A stretch of 64,000 nucleotides of DNA from Eutreptiella sp. 'Long Island Sound 2002' (lineage: Eukaryota; Protista; Euglenida): positions 128,464,001 to 128,528,000 of the forward strand of contig OZ038378.1 in the NCBI GenBank assembly GCA_964036045.1, read 5' to 3'. The notes below the pieces were generated by a model. That model was not told the origin of the DNA, ran no database searches, and worked only from the letters and a program-made list of their open reading frames with translations. Shown one piece after another: positions 1 to 13,846 of the stretch; within the stretch, counting starts at the first letter, position 1, and every line of letters starts with the position of its first letter. The position numbers and the translations under genes are program-made.

Positions 1-1990
1 TGAGAAGCAGTGCCCTCATGGCCTGATTGTGCGGTACTGGCAGGCGGCGTATGACGGCCAACGCGATGTGACAGGTCGTGCCGGCCTGATGGTGAGCCGT
101 ACTGCCCCCGTGCATGAGGGTCAGACAGGGATGCTTCACCCGCCTGCGCCGGGTCGCCGCATACAACAGTGAGGTGTCATGGGTCGTCCCGACCAGGGTA
201 ATAAGGCCCAAACCCCTGTAGGGTATTCCCATGGCACCGGGGTCTCTACTGGCGGCCCGGCTACGGCAGTATTGGGAGTGGTTGCTCGGGATACACCGGG
301 GGTGCACGGAGTTGTCTGGGGGTTACGGCGTTACGGCGCCCCCTGGGAGTGTTACACGGGGTTGCGGGGACAGCCTGCAGGCCCAAGGGGCGGCGACGAG
401 GCGAAGATGTGTGCGTAGAAGGATATGACAGCGAGGTCGTCAGGGGGACAGTATGGCGGGTGTCCTGGAGACGGCGTGGCAGCCTGGGAGGAGCACTCAC
501 GGGGAGCACGTGGAGTTCAAGGTGACGGTGTACTGGCGTCTTGGGGGTATACGCGGCGGTACCGGGGTCCGTACGGTGGGGGTACGCGGCGGTACTGGGG
601 AACCGTACAGTGGGGGAGCAGCGGGGATGCATGGCGGTACTGGGTTGTCCCCCTGACCCCTGTAACAACTCAGGGGGAGCGTGGGGGCATCCCCCGGCCC
701 CGTTAACAAACTAGAGGGACCGTGCCTGCGGGCATGTACATAGTCTAACCTCTGACCATGGCCTTGTGGTTGCGGTGGTGCGTGTCGTGGCGGCTCGCAA
801 GTGGCATCGGCGTGGCAACAGCGGTACTGCGTGGCGTCGTAGCAAAGAGTATGCGGTCGCCTCACCATTGTACCGACTTACCCCTGGGGGGCGCCAGTCC
901 AGTCGGCTAGAGGCGGGGAGAGAGGAGGAGCGGCATGCTGAGTGGTCCGGGGGGTGATGCGCGGGCCAATGCTATAAGTAGGCTCGCCACGTCGTCGGTG
1001 GGGGCCGAACCTGCGGCCTGGCCGCTGCTGTGGCGGAAGAGGCGCAACCACGGGAGCTGGCCAATTAGTGCAGGTAAGGGTCAAGGGTAGGCGCCAGGGC
1101 AATGTATGTGGGCCAGATGAGGTGCACCTGGTTACCACAGCCCGGGGCGAGCCTCTGGTGGGTACCCCTACAGGGGGTCGATAACCAAGCTACGGCACCC
1201 ACCAGCCCGAATCCCAGCCAGCGATATTCACGGGTTGCGCCACTCCCGTCGCGTAGCGGCCGGCGTCCCCCCCTGTAGACCCTCAAGTTATATTATACGT
1301 GGGCAAGTGGATGCCTCGAAGCTGATTGGGTGCTGGCCCCTGACATGGAGTGCCGGCATGGTATATATCTGGGGTGTGGGAGCAGCTCAGGGCCACGGGG
1401 ACGTGGAATTGATACCGTGTTTCTGTACTATACTAGGGGGCTGGTGCGGTGGGTCGGCGGCGTACATTGTGGGGACATGGGGGCGATGAAAGCTGAGGGC
1501 CAAGCTAGGCTGGAGCCTCCCAGAAATCCTGGCTATGCACATACGGGCTATTGCGTGCTGGCGGAGGGATACGTGGAGTCAGGGGTGGTGGGCAATTACG
1601 AGTACGCAGACGGCAATGGATTCCGTGGGGTCACGGGTGATGGACGTCTCCACGGTGGCGGGGGTACGCGAACGACGGAGGGTCAGCTCTCGCTTCGCCG
1701 CATGCGTGCTGCTTTGCCGCTTTGCGACGGACAGAGAAGCCCTTGCTTTGTACTTGTTGCGATGCTGCTGCGTTGCTTTGCCTTGCCCCCTTACCCCCGG
1801 CGAACAAACGGGCCAGCGCCCGTCGCCGTTGCTAATGCTAACGCTATGCAGTTGCCACTGCCCCCAAAGCCTGGTTGACCGGTATCCCCTGTCCTCTGGG
1901 TCCTCCGTCATGCTGTGGGCCACCTCAGGCAGCCCTGGGACCCACGGGATCGAGCGAGGCACGAACCACCTGTCGGCGCGAGATGCCCAG
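1..1990 (-). pseudogene. Heavily decayed non-LTR retrotransposon pol relic, probably related to the LINE at 23679-33528
   Basis: Minus-strand peptides in shifting frames occur in the same order as motifs of the young LINE: PSFAYPRH (~1670; cf. ASFAYRPGH), EGLQG (~1275; cf. GGNQGD), RLDYV (~745; cf. PLDYV), ILLRTHLR (~410; cf. NLLRTYLR). There are many stops and frameshifts, and the element runs off the window start. Confidence 0.4.
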
Positions 1991-2037
1991 TAACTCCAGT
2001 AGACGGCATGATAAGTGGTTATGACTATGACTATGAC

Positions 2038-2510
<473 letters not shown>

Positions 2511-2515
<5 letters not shown>

Positions 2516-3080
2516 AAGTCGACACGCCCCCCCCCCAGGGACCTATGGGCCGGGGTTGGGTGGGGACCAAGGACCCCCCCCCCCTATTTTGGGTTCGGGA
2601 AACTCAAAAAAAGAGGAATTAGAATGATCCAAGACGGTGGTGGGCCGCTATGACACTTCAAAGTTGCTAAAAATAGGTATTTCTTACCGAGTGACATCAT
2701 CCCCAAAAAATGCAAGGTTGGCTCAAAAATTGGTACGCTGGGGTCTAGGTGCCCCTTCCCCTGCCCCTAGTGGGGCAAAAGGGTGATGAATGGATCCAAA
2801 TGAAGGCATTGACGGCAATAGGCTGGGGGTTTTGTGGGTTTTGTGAGGTGAAGAGGGCTATTTTTAGGATTTTGAGGCTATTTTGGGGGATGATGTCACT
2901 CGGTAAGAAATACCTATTTTTAGCAACTTGGAAGTGTCATAGCGGCCCACCACCGTCTCCAATCACTCCAATTCTTGTTTTTTTGAATTTCTCGACCCAA
3001 AGATAGGGGGGGGAGGTCCTTGGCCCCAACCAAAGCCCGGCGGGTGGGGCCGGGTGGGGGGGGGGGTGTCGACTTGTGCC
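2511..3080. mobile_element. MITE-like non-autonomous TIR element, family A, copy 1
   Basis: Termini GGCATAAGTCGACAC ... GTGTCGACTTGTGCC. Imperfect inverted arms of ~200 bp, including a near-perfect core gacggtggtgggccgctatgacacttc...gacatcatcccc and its reverse complement. Embedded in (TA)n and readable as TA|TGGCA...TGCCA|TA. No credible coding capacity. Confidence 0.85.
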
Positions 3081-3104
3081 ATATATATATACATAGTCAT
3101 ATAG

Positions 3105-3196
<92 letters not shown>

Positions 3197-3217
3197 CTAT
3201 ATCTATATATATATATC

Positions 3218-3278
<61 letters not shown>

Positions 3279-3283
<5 letters not shown>

Positions 3284-3850
3284 AAGTCGTCACGCCCCCC
3301 CCCCCCCAGGGACCTATGGGCCGGGGTTGGGTGGGGACCAAGGACCCCCCCCCCCTATTTTGGGGTCGGGAAACTCAAAAAAAGAGGAATTAGAATGATC
3401 CAAGACGGTGGTGGGCCGCTATGACACTTCAAAGTTGCTAAAAATAGGTATTTCTTACCGAGTGACATCATCCCCAAAAAATGCAAGGTTGGCTCAAAAA
3501 TTGGTACGCTGGGGTCTAGGTGCCCCTTCCCCTGCCCCTAGTGGGGCAAAAGGGTGATGAATGGATCCAAATGAAGGCATTGACGGCAATAGGCTGGGGG
3601 TTTTGTGGGTTTTGTGAGGTGAAGAGGGCTATTTTTAGGATTTTGAGGCTATTTTTGGGGATGATGTCACTCGGTAAGAAATACCTATTTTTAGCAACTT
3701 GGAAGTGTCATAGCGGCCCACCACCGTCTCCAATCACTCCAATTCCTGTTTTTTTGAATTTCTCGACCCAAAAATAGGGGGGGGAGGTCCTTGGCCCCAA
3801 CCAAAGCCCGGCGGGTGGGGCCGGGTGGGGGGGGGGTGTCGACTTGTGCC
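3279..3850. mobile_element. MITE family A, copy 2 (tandem, near-identical to copy 1)
   Basis: Only a few substitutions versus 2511-3080, and the same right flank atatatatatacatagtcatatagtcata. Confidence 0.85.
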
Positions 3851-5004
<1,154 letters not shown>

Positions 5005-5008
5005 TAAC

Positions 5009-5125
<117 letters not shown>

Positions 5126-5132
5126 CTCTGTT

Positions 5133-6493
5133 CTACACGCCCCTCCCAAACTCTAGGTGGCTCCGCCATACGGATCTAAGGTACGCGCGAAGGGTGCAAG
5201 CTGGTGCATACACCTGGCGCAAGGGCCTGAACTGGGTCAAAACGGGCTCCAAATGGGCTCAAAACACTTGTTTGTGCACTCCAAGTGGTCCTTGGTCACT
5301 TTTTGAAAAGCGCGCTTTTGACCCATTTTTCACCCATTTTTGCTCCCAAAACACCCCCTTTTGAAGGCATATTGGGATTTTCCATGAGCCAAAACGCGTC
5401 CCAAGGGGCTCAAAATGGGCTCAAAACACTTTTTGAGCATCCCAAATGGTCAACGATCACTTTTGGAAAAACACATTTTTGACCTATTTTTGACCCATTT
5501 TTGGTCCCAAAACGAACCATTTGTAGGGCATTTTGGGATTTTCCTTAGGCCGAAACGCGTCACTATGGGCCCAAAATGGGCTAAAAACACTTGTTTGAGC
5601 ATCCCAAATGCTTCAGGATCACTGGTGGAAAAATGCTTTTTTCCCCCATTTTGGAGGCATTTTTCGTTCCAAAGCAGCTTATTTTCAAGGCATTTTGGGA
5701 ATTTCCATGGGCCAAAATCTGTCACCACGGGCTCAAAACGGGCTAAAAACACTTGTTTGAGCATGCCACGTGGTCTAGGAACAACTTTGGAAGAAAATGA
5801 TTTCTTCGCCCCGGGGACCCTGGTGGACGCACCGTTGGCTCCCACCGTGCGCGGGCCGGGCTGCCCTCTGGCTCCACCAAGTGAGCACTAGTACAGGGGT
5901 CTAGGCGTCTCATTCGGCGATTCCAAGGGTTGGAAACCACAAAAAGTGGGGGGAGTGCGGGTGGACTAGGTGTCCTTAGAATTCGGTTTTGAGCCACATA
6001 GTCCACGATACGGCCCGTTCTTGGTTTCGGGCCTATTTGACACAAACAGCACACATTTAGGCCATTTTGGGCCCTTTTTGGGCCGTTTATTGGACATATT
6101 GCGGGGGTGGAGGGCAAGAAAGGGCTTTTGGTCACGGGGAAGTGACACTGCACGTGGAGTGAAGCAACTGTTTCCCTTCGTTTGGCCGTTATGATTGCGT
6201 TTTGGGGCTGTTTTGGGCCAAAAAAGGCTGTTTCAGGGCACAAAATCCGCAGTTTTGGGAGGCCGCCTCCCGTCTTGGCGTCCCTGCTCTGGGGCGCCAC
6301 CGGTGACTTTTTGACTCAAAACTTTGATTCCGCAAGGGCTCCACCTAGGCTCTAGGATGGCTAGTGTAGAGTAGAGTCCAGAGCGATGAGGCCGAGCAAT
6401 GGCCAAAAGGGAAAGGAAAAGTGCTTGTTGTTGCTTGCTTGTTGCTTGCCTGTTGTTTGCTTGATAGCTATATTTATGGGGAGAGGGGTGTAG
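5133..6493 (+). mobile_element. Non-autonomous TIR element, family B, with ~160-bp internal subrepeats
   Basis: Ends CTACACGCCCCTCCC ... GGGGAGAGGGGTGTAG. The motif aaaacacttgtttgagcatcc recurs at ~5262, 5423, 5583, 5745. Flanked by TA/CA microsatellites. Confidence 0.8.
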
Positions 6494-6779
6494 TAATGTA
6501 AATGCACACACACACACACACACATATATTACTGTATGTTAGCTAAATTTAAGGGGAGAGGGGTGTAGTAATATATATACATATATAAACGCTATATTGG
6601 CAGAGGCGACCTCCGTGAACCCTAGGTGCCCACTCTATGGGCGGTCACTAGGGATGTTGCGAAAGTATATTCCTACTAGGATACGAAAGATCGTGTTTGT
6701 AATGTGTAGCCGTGCCAAGGATTAGTTAAGACCCTTGCCAAAGATGCGAAATTAACGTTTCCATCAATACAGGGTTGCA

Positions 6780-8720
6780 TCAGTGAATGTGCCGGTGCAC
6801 AACATATAATTTTTCAACCAGGATGGCTAAAAAAATAAAAGTTTCCGAAACCCATTTTTTTGATTTTTTGATCACGTAATCACCTGAAATGACCATCCAA
6901 GCTATGTAAAGCATGTTTTAGGCCGTATTTACCTTTTTTTTTTTTTCACCTTGTTTGGGTATCGGGCATGCGGGGGGGGGGGGGGGTTATCCCAAGGGAT
7001 TGGTACACAACCTGCTTTTTGCAGCTTTTCACCCTTGGCTGGTCAAAAATCGAAGTTTTCGAACCTTTTTTTTTTGATGTTATGATCACCTGAAATGACC
7101 ATCCAAGGTGTGTAAAGCATGTTTTAGGCCTTATTTACGTGCTTTTGAGCCGATTTGGGTATTGGATGCGGGGATGGGGGGGTGAAATAGGATCGGCACA
7201 CAACTGGCATTTTCACCTTGGGCAGCTCAAAATGGAAGTTTTCCAAACTTATTTTTAATCGTCCAAAATGACCATCCAGCAAACGTAACACATGTTTTAG
7301 GTCGTATTTATGTCTTTTTCACCCTATTTGGACCCCCCCCCCCTGCCGCGCCCCGCACTCAATACCCAATCAGGGTGAAAAAACAGAAATGTGGCCTTCA
7401 ACATGCTTTGCATACCTTGGATGGTCATTCGAGGTGATCATAATATCAAAAAACACAAGTTCGAAAATTACAATCTTTGAGTTGCCGAGGCTGAAAAGCT
7501 GCATGCAGGCCATGTACCAATCCCTTGGGAGAACCCCCCCCCGCCTTCTCTCCGCACACAATTCCCCAATTGGGTGATAAAACGGCAAAAACGGCCTAAA
7601 ACATGCACTACATAGCTTGGATGGTCATTTTTACATGATCATGATATCGAAAAAAAACCAGTTTGGGACACGTCGACTTTTTAGTTGTACAGTGTGAAAA
7701 AGTGATTAAGCAGGATGTGCACCAATCACCCTTGCCCCCTCCGCCCGTGCACCCGACATGGGGTCAAATGGGATTGGTACACAACCTGCTTATGCTCAAT
7801 TTTACCCCGGAAACTCGAAAACGGAAGTTTTGGAAATGTATTTTCAATCAAGTAAAATGACAGTCCAAGATATGTAAACCATGTTTTATGCCTCATTTAT
7901 GTGTTTTTCATCCTATTTCGGTATTCGGGGGGGGGAGGGGGGGTCAAACGGGATTCGTAAAAACTGGATTAGGTACTTTTCCAACCTATACACCTCAAAA
8001 ATTGCAGCTTTCGAAAGTTATTTCTGTGATTTTGTGATCACGCAACATGACCATCGAAGACTTGTAAAGCATGTTTTCGCCCGTATTTATGTAGCTTGTG
8101 CACTATTTTGTATGTGTGCCACTTTGGGTAGATTTTCCGTGATATGCAATCGCCGAAGGCACAAGAATTTTTTTTTGATATTCTGACTGCTCACAACGAT
8201 GAAATATGCTATGTAAAGCATGTTATCGACCCTCTTTGTCTATTTTTCACCCTATTTGGGTGTTGGGCTGGGTCCCAAGGGGGCTGGGGCACAACGTGTT
8301 TATGTAGTTTTCCAACGTGAGCAGCTCAAAAATTTGATTTCCCGAAACTGATTTTTTTTATATTTTCAGCATCCAAGATGATCAATTGTGCTATGACAAG
8401 TATGTTTTAGCGCCTGTCCATATGTTTTTGACACTATTTTGGTGTTGGGGGGCGGGGTGGGGGTCCCAAGCGGTTTAGGGCACAGGCTGCTTATGCAGCT
8501 TTCCATCCTGCGCAGTTCAAAAATGCAAAATTTGCAGAACTGATTTTTCGATACTCTGTCCATCCAAAATGATCAACTATCTTATGTAAAGCTAGCTTTA
8601 GCCCCTCTTTATGTTTTTTTCACCCTAATTGTGTGTGGGGAGGGGCGGCTCCCAAGGCGGCTGGGGCACAACCTGCTTAAGCAGTATTGTAATCGCGGCA
8701 GTTCAAAAATGGTCGTCCCT
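6780..8720. repeat. Array of about ten diverged ~150-205-bp units, two of them inverted
   Basis: Core aaatgaccatccaag..tgtaaagcatgttttaggcc at ~6889, 7095, 7268, 7857, 8046, 8200, 8375, 8567. Reverse-complement cores at ~7400-7430 and ~7590-7630. Confidence 0.8.
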
Positions 8721-8859
8721 CTCCCCTCTTCGAGGTGCCTTGCCGAAGGCAATAGAATTTATTTGTCGATACGAAACATTGACACCATTTCTCAGGGCAT
8801 TGATGATATACCTTGTGCTTCAGAGGTTTATCTTGGTGCTTGGATGACGTCTTCGCTTC

Positions 8860-9680
8860 CCGGATACATTGTGACACCTCCGGATGCATGGTCACACTGC
8901 CGACGCCTCAAGATGTATCTAACCATGCCGCATATCCAAGGGCGCTGGGGATGGCTGCAAGGATGCGCCATGGGGTTTATCCTATAGGTTTGGATGCGCC
9001 TCACGCAGCCGGGATGTGTCTTGAATCAAAGAGAGTTCTAAGATAATTTTTGGTGTTTTCGGGGTTGTGGCCGCTGGCGATTGACCCACTACCTCGTCAC
9101 ACGATTCATTGGCAACATCTCTATCTTCTGCCCTTGTTCCTAGGATGCTGCGTGGCCCATTTTCCTTTTTTCTATACCACCAAGACTTCTCAAGCCTGCT
9201 AGAACAAACCGTACATGGCTTCACTGTACATACGGGCTCAGTGTGCATACTAGGTCGGTGGACATATTGACTCGGTGCAAGTTTTGTGGGCGGTCGGCCA
9301 TCAAAGTAGACATTTGTGCAGTTTGGCCGTTGGCTAGTCAGCTGAGGATACAGCAGGCATGTATTTATTGGTGCATAGGGTTTTTTCATTTATTTCCCCC
9401 TCTATTCGGGGCCGAGTTGCTGAGTTGGTGCTACCATTCATGGTTAATCACCTTCTTCGGGACATGGGGTGGCGCGAACAACAGCACCAAACGTAGCATC
9501 AAGCAGCCAACAAGCACGCACAAGTTGCCTAAGATCAGACTCTTGTTGTGTTGGTTCGGTTTTTGTTGGCACTGTGGTAGCTAATGACGATGAGTATGAG
9601 CCTGCATCAAACACGGCTTGAGCACACGATGGGGGTTGCACACATGTTGGCAAGTGCAGATCCTCGATTCCTAAACTAAT
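8860..9680 (-). pseudogene. Possible XPG/FEN1-like (PIN-fold) nuclease relic
   Basis: Ordered minus-strand peptides LGIEDL, AVFDAG, VYFDGRPPTK, AEDRDVA, PKIILEL, then a GVGSVT / QCDH helix-turn-helix-like segment. These resemble the MGI.GL, DA, FDG.pP..K, EAD and H3TH motifs. Interrupted and degenerate. Confidence 0.35.
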
Positions 9681-10749
9681 CAAAAAGGTGGCCCTTTTTT
9701 GGTTGTCTATGGTCCAAAGGATATGAGCGGTTGGGGGCTTGTGTATCGAACCCATCGTTTTGGCAAGAAATCATTTGTGCACACTACTTGGGATTTGTTC
9801 CACTCGACTTGCGGCTCGATGATGCTTTTTTTCTCCTCCAAGATTGAATTTTTGAAGCCATTAATTGCTTCCGGGACCGTTGTTGCAATATAATAATGAT
9901 AAAAGACATCATTGGTCGTCTCGTTGTGCACCATGAACATCTATGAATGCCCCGTTGGCACGAAGCATTAGTACATTTTACATGTGCTAGGGCCGTACCA
10001 AGGGTCACACGTGCGTAAACACTGAACGGTGTATACTTTATTATGAGGCTTTCTTAGACCATCCCTCCTCAAGCAGTGCATGTAAGCTGTGTTAAATGGC
10101 ATTTATACCCATTTTGGCCCACATAAGTGGCCCTTTGGGGTCAGTTTGGGGCCTACTTTCGGGGCTTCAAAATGAGCCTACCACAAGTTACCAAACTATG
10201 CCCCACAGTGTTTGTTTCATCATCTATCTAGGTTTCAACATAACGCTTTTTGGGCATCTTAGAGAGCTCACGACCTGCACTTGCCGCCCTTCACAGGCGG
10301 GTGCCATCGATTTTTTTTGCTCAAACATTATGTGCTTCAACTCCATGTTCCCAGGTATCATTGAAGAAGATTTTGGTTGTCAACAAGGTTTCAACGGAAA
10401 CCAAAGGATGCTGCTGCCGTTATGACTTTTTCCTAGTTGCTTGCTTGCCGGGAGCTGGAAGGTGTGCAACGGAAACAATGTTGCGCATTCAAAGAAAATC
10501 AATGAAACATAAACTCAATGAAGTTGTCATTATGATTGCACTGGTAGCAAAGACACCTGTCGACCACGGGTTTTTTTTACACATAACTTGTGACATCTTT
10601 AAAAGCAAGCCAAATTTACACATGCAAAACAAACTGAAAACCGTTTCTCAAAAAGATCCATGACCATATGGGATGCTCAAGCAAGTGGTTGAAGGCTTTG
10701 TTGGGTGGTTTTTCACGCATTGAAGCAAAGATCAACCTGGAAACAGGGG

Positions 10750-11250
10750 CATCTTACGGCAAAGCGGCTGCACTCCAACAAGGTTGCATGCTGCCTTTGA
10801 CAATGGGTGGCCCATTGCACAGATGTATCCCATGTTAGCCTTGGAGGGCATTCAATATCCCAATGAACGAAAGTGCACACTTCAAATACTGCTTGATTGG
10901 GCTTGAGCTTCGTGATCGTGCTGTGTCCCTTTATTACACACAATTTTTTTCTTGCAAAGATTGGCCACTTGATTCAGATCACGTTGTGATTATTGTCACA
11001 CACAATGTGATGTGAATAGAAATCGAAGATTGAATTTTGCGGTTAGGCATCATCACTTGGCCGGTAAACATTGCTATCCTCCGATTCCACGGCACGCAAT
11101 ACCCACAAGTGCGAAGCTTAATGCAATGCCTCCTGTATAAGAATTTGTTGTATCGTGTCAACACTACATACCGTGTAGGGTTGGAGGTTACATGGCACTT
11201 CAAGGGCATGTTGAATGGCACTCATGGTGAAGTCATTAAGCTCACCGGAG
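10750..11250 (-). pseudogene. Possible Ulp1/SENP-like cysteine protease relic
   Basis: GELNDFTMSAIQHAL (cf. wLND.vI) and W...CQRQHATLLECSRFAV (cf. pqQ.n..dCGvf) occur in the expected order. The catalytic His/Asp region is not clearly preserved. Confidence 0.25.
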
Positions 11251-13580
11251 GCGAAGGACACTTCCCGTGATTAAGTATTGGTATAGTAGGACATGTCAAA
11301 CATCCCTAATTTATACATCGTAAACGAGGCTTTTTCATGAGGCTGTTTTGATGTTTTCTGCAACCCCCTTTGTTGATGACAACATTTGAAGTGTCAATAT
11401 TAGTCCCATCCTCCTTGTAGTTATCATCACTAGAAATTGCAAATCACAAGGAACAACACCTTTAGCTTGGCACAACATAGTTGGTAGTGCAGCAAATAGT
11501 CCCCATATATAGACGGAACACGGTCATATTGTGGGAGTGATTCCAAGAACGGCATGCCAAGACATACACAGCCACAATTTGCGTACTATGGTCCACTTCC
11601 TTGTTCCTGAAAGTGATGAGAGGAAGGTTAGTTCCTTTTTGCTGTTGCTCGTACCTCCTTTCAATTGCCTCACTTCCCAACATAAGCGACAGATTGTAGT
11701 CATTGCATTTGCCGCGTGCATTATTTTGTTGCTGCAAAATCCAACCACGCATTTGGTATTTGCAGTTGGTTTATGTTCAGCGAAGGTGTTGGATATTGAT
11801 GTTGCTTGCAAAGAGATTTTCTATCGGCTTACTGCCCTCAACGACACCCGTTGCGTGGATATGTTTTATTCGGCTCACGCACAACCAAGCGGGCTTGCAT
11901 CACACTCTTGTTGTCGATTCAAGAGTGGGAACAACAAAATGGGCTCATATGGGTTAACTCGGCTCAAAATCCGGGGAGTTCACCATCGATTACTGAACGG
12001 ATGGTTTTCTATTTCGGTGTACCATCGCAGGGCAAAAGCCACAATGCCAAAGACTGTAGTGGTCACAGGCGAGAAATTGCAAAAGACACGGGAAATGGGG
12101 CATAGGTAGTACACAATGCATTGGTCTAGTGAGGCTCAACACCTCTTCCATGCCTAGTTGGACCTCTTTATCACAATGCACATCTAGTCACTGTACACCG
12201 CACCCAAAATATTTACAACCGCGAAAAAGCTCGTTGCCTAAATAGCAATCCCATGTTGGGGACCACTCAGTAACACACACAACATCAAGGATAGCAGTCA
12301 ATGCGCAACGAACATGAAGTTTTGTCGCCCCAAGATTTGTACAATCACATAGCCAAGAGCTAGAGGCAAAGGAGGTAGCGCCCCAAGGGACTGAAAATGC
12401 TGCTGCACAAGGTTGGAGATGCAGGTACGGTGGCTACTAAAAGGAGACCATTGTACGGTTTCCCTGTGTTGCAAGTACCTTGGCACTTCCATGCTTCCAA
12501 CATGCTGCTCCCTGTTTGTTTCTCCTTGCTTTCCTATAACCTCCCCATGTCCTCTCCATCTCTTGCTTGCTCGTTGTGTTTGGTTGTCTTGCTTTTCTTG
12601 AGCAACCCTAATAAGCTCAGTAGCAAAGCAAAGACTTTACTGTACGAAAAGCTGTTCCTTTGCGTACCTTGCACAAAGAAGCAACCAGCGTCCAAGCCCT
12701 TGGCCAACCACACCAATCTATGTGTCCCTCTTCCCTTCCACCATCCCCATGTTGTTGGCTGCGACGCCGAAATTCTGCAGAAAGTTTATTCGGAGAAGGG
12801 GTGGGTTGGTGGTCAGCCACACAAAAAGAGGAACGGAAAAAAGGAACCAAACATATTGTCATTTGAATTAAATGATTTTGGGGGGTAGAGGTCATCATGC
12901 TGTGTATGTCACAATTTTGTCGCGCAAAAAGGTTTTCTTGCGCGAGCAGAGGTGACATATGATTCGTCCAAAAGGGGCATGCTTGTTGCGCCGGAGGAGT
13001 TCACTTTCCTTACTTTTGAAAAATCTAAATGGAGGGGATGGAGGAGTTGGGGCACAATAGCCAACAACTAGCAAGTACAACACATCGATACAACACATGA
13101 TTTTGCATACAAGGAGCAGTACGGAAACATGTTTGGTGGAAAGCATAATCGACAAGACTCTGACTTTATGGTGAAGCCCCACGGGTTCGCCATCCGATAT
13201 AGGAAGCAATATTGGAAGCACGGCTCCTTGGAAATCCGAGCAAATACCCACAACCTTTTGGGGATAGGTGCTCCAAAAATGTGGTCAATTTCACCAGGAC
13301 ATATCATCGCTAGCTACGCTCCCGAAATCGGGAGCGCCCTTCCAACCATTTCGGGCGCCATGCCCCGCAAAAAGATTGCAAGCATTTTGGACGGGGTGTC
13401 ACCAAAACACCTGCGAAGTGAGAGGTAGATGTCGCACAGCACATGCCAAGCAACACTTCGAGACCTACCGGTTGCGCCAATGGGGCAGGGGGGGGGTCAT
13501 TTTCCGGCCGCCCATGGACTAACCAATATATGCAGCTATCCAAGCTGATCCAGCAACCCAGCAGCCCAGCTAGACCCTGC

Positions 13581-13846
13581 TGTGGGAAACAAATGTGTGC
13601 ACAGGACTCCGTGCTGTTAAGCAAAGAACGTTGTCACAAGAGAAATGCAAGAAGAGAAAAGATCTTCAATGACATGTCATACGTGCTTTTGAGTGTAGTG
13701 AAGGAGATAAGAGTAAATGCATTGTGGTCCGCTACACCTATGGTCCTGAGACCATGATCCCGTTGTTGCAGGGCACCATATTTTACCATCTAGCACCTAG
13801 CATGACTGCAACACATCATGGCGTATCAGCAGAAGCCCCCCGCCCC
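13581..13846 (+). repeat. Diverged coding-like repeat, copy 1 (copy 2 at 18489-18753)
   Basis: Colinear sequences translate to AVKQRTLSQEKCKKRKDLQ*...RYTYGPETMIPLLQGTIFYH and AVKQRMLSQRKCKKRKHLQ*...RYTYGPTTMIPLVQGSILYH. Confidence 0.75.
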
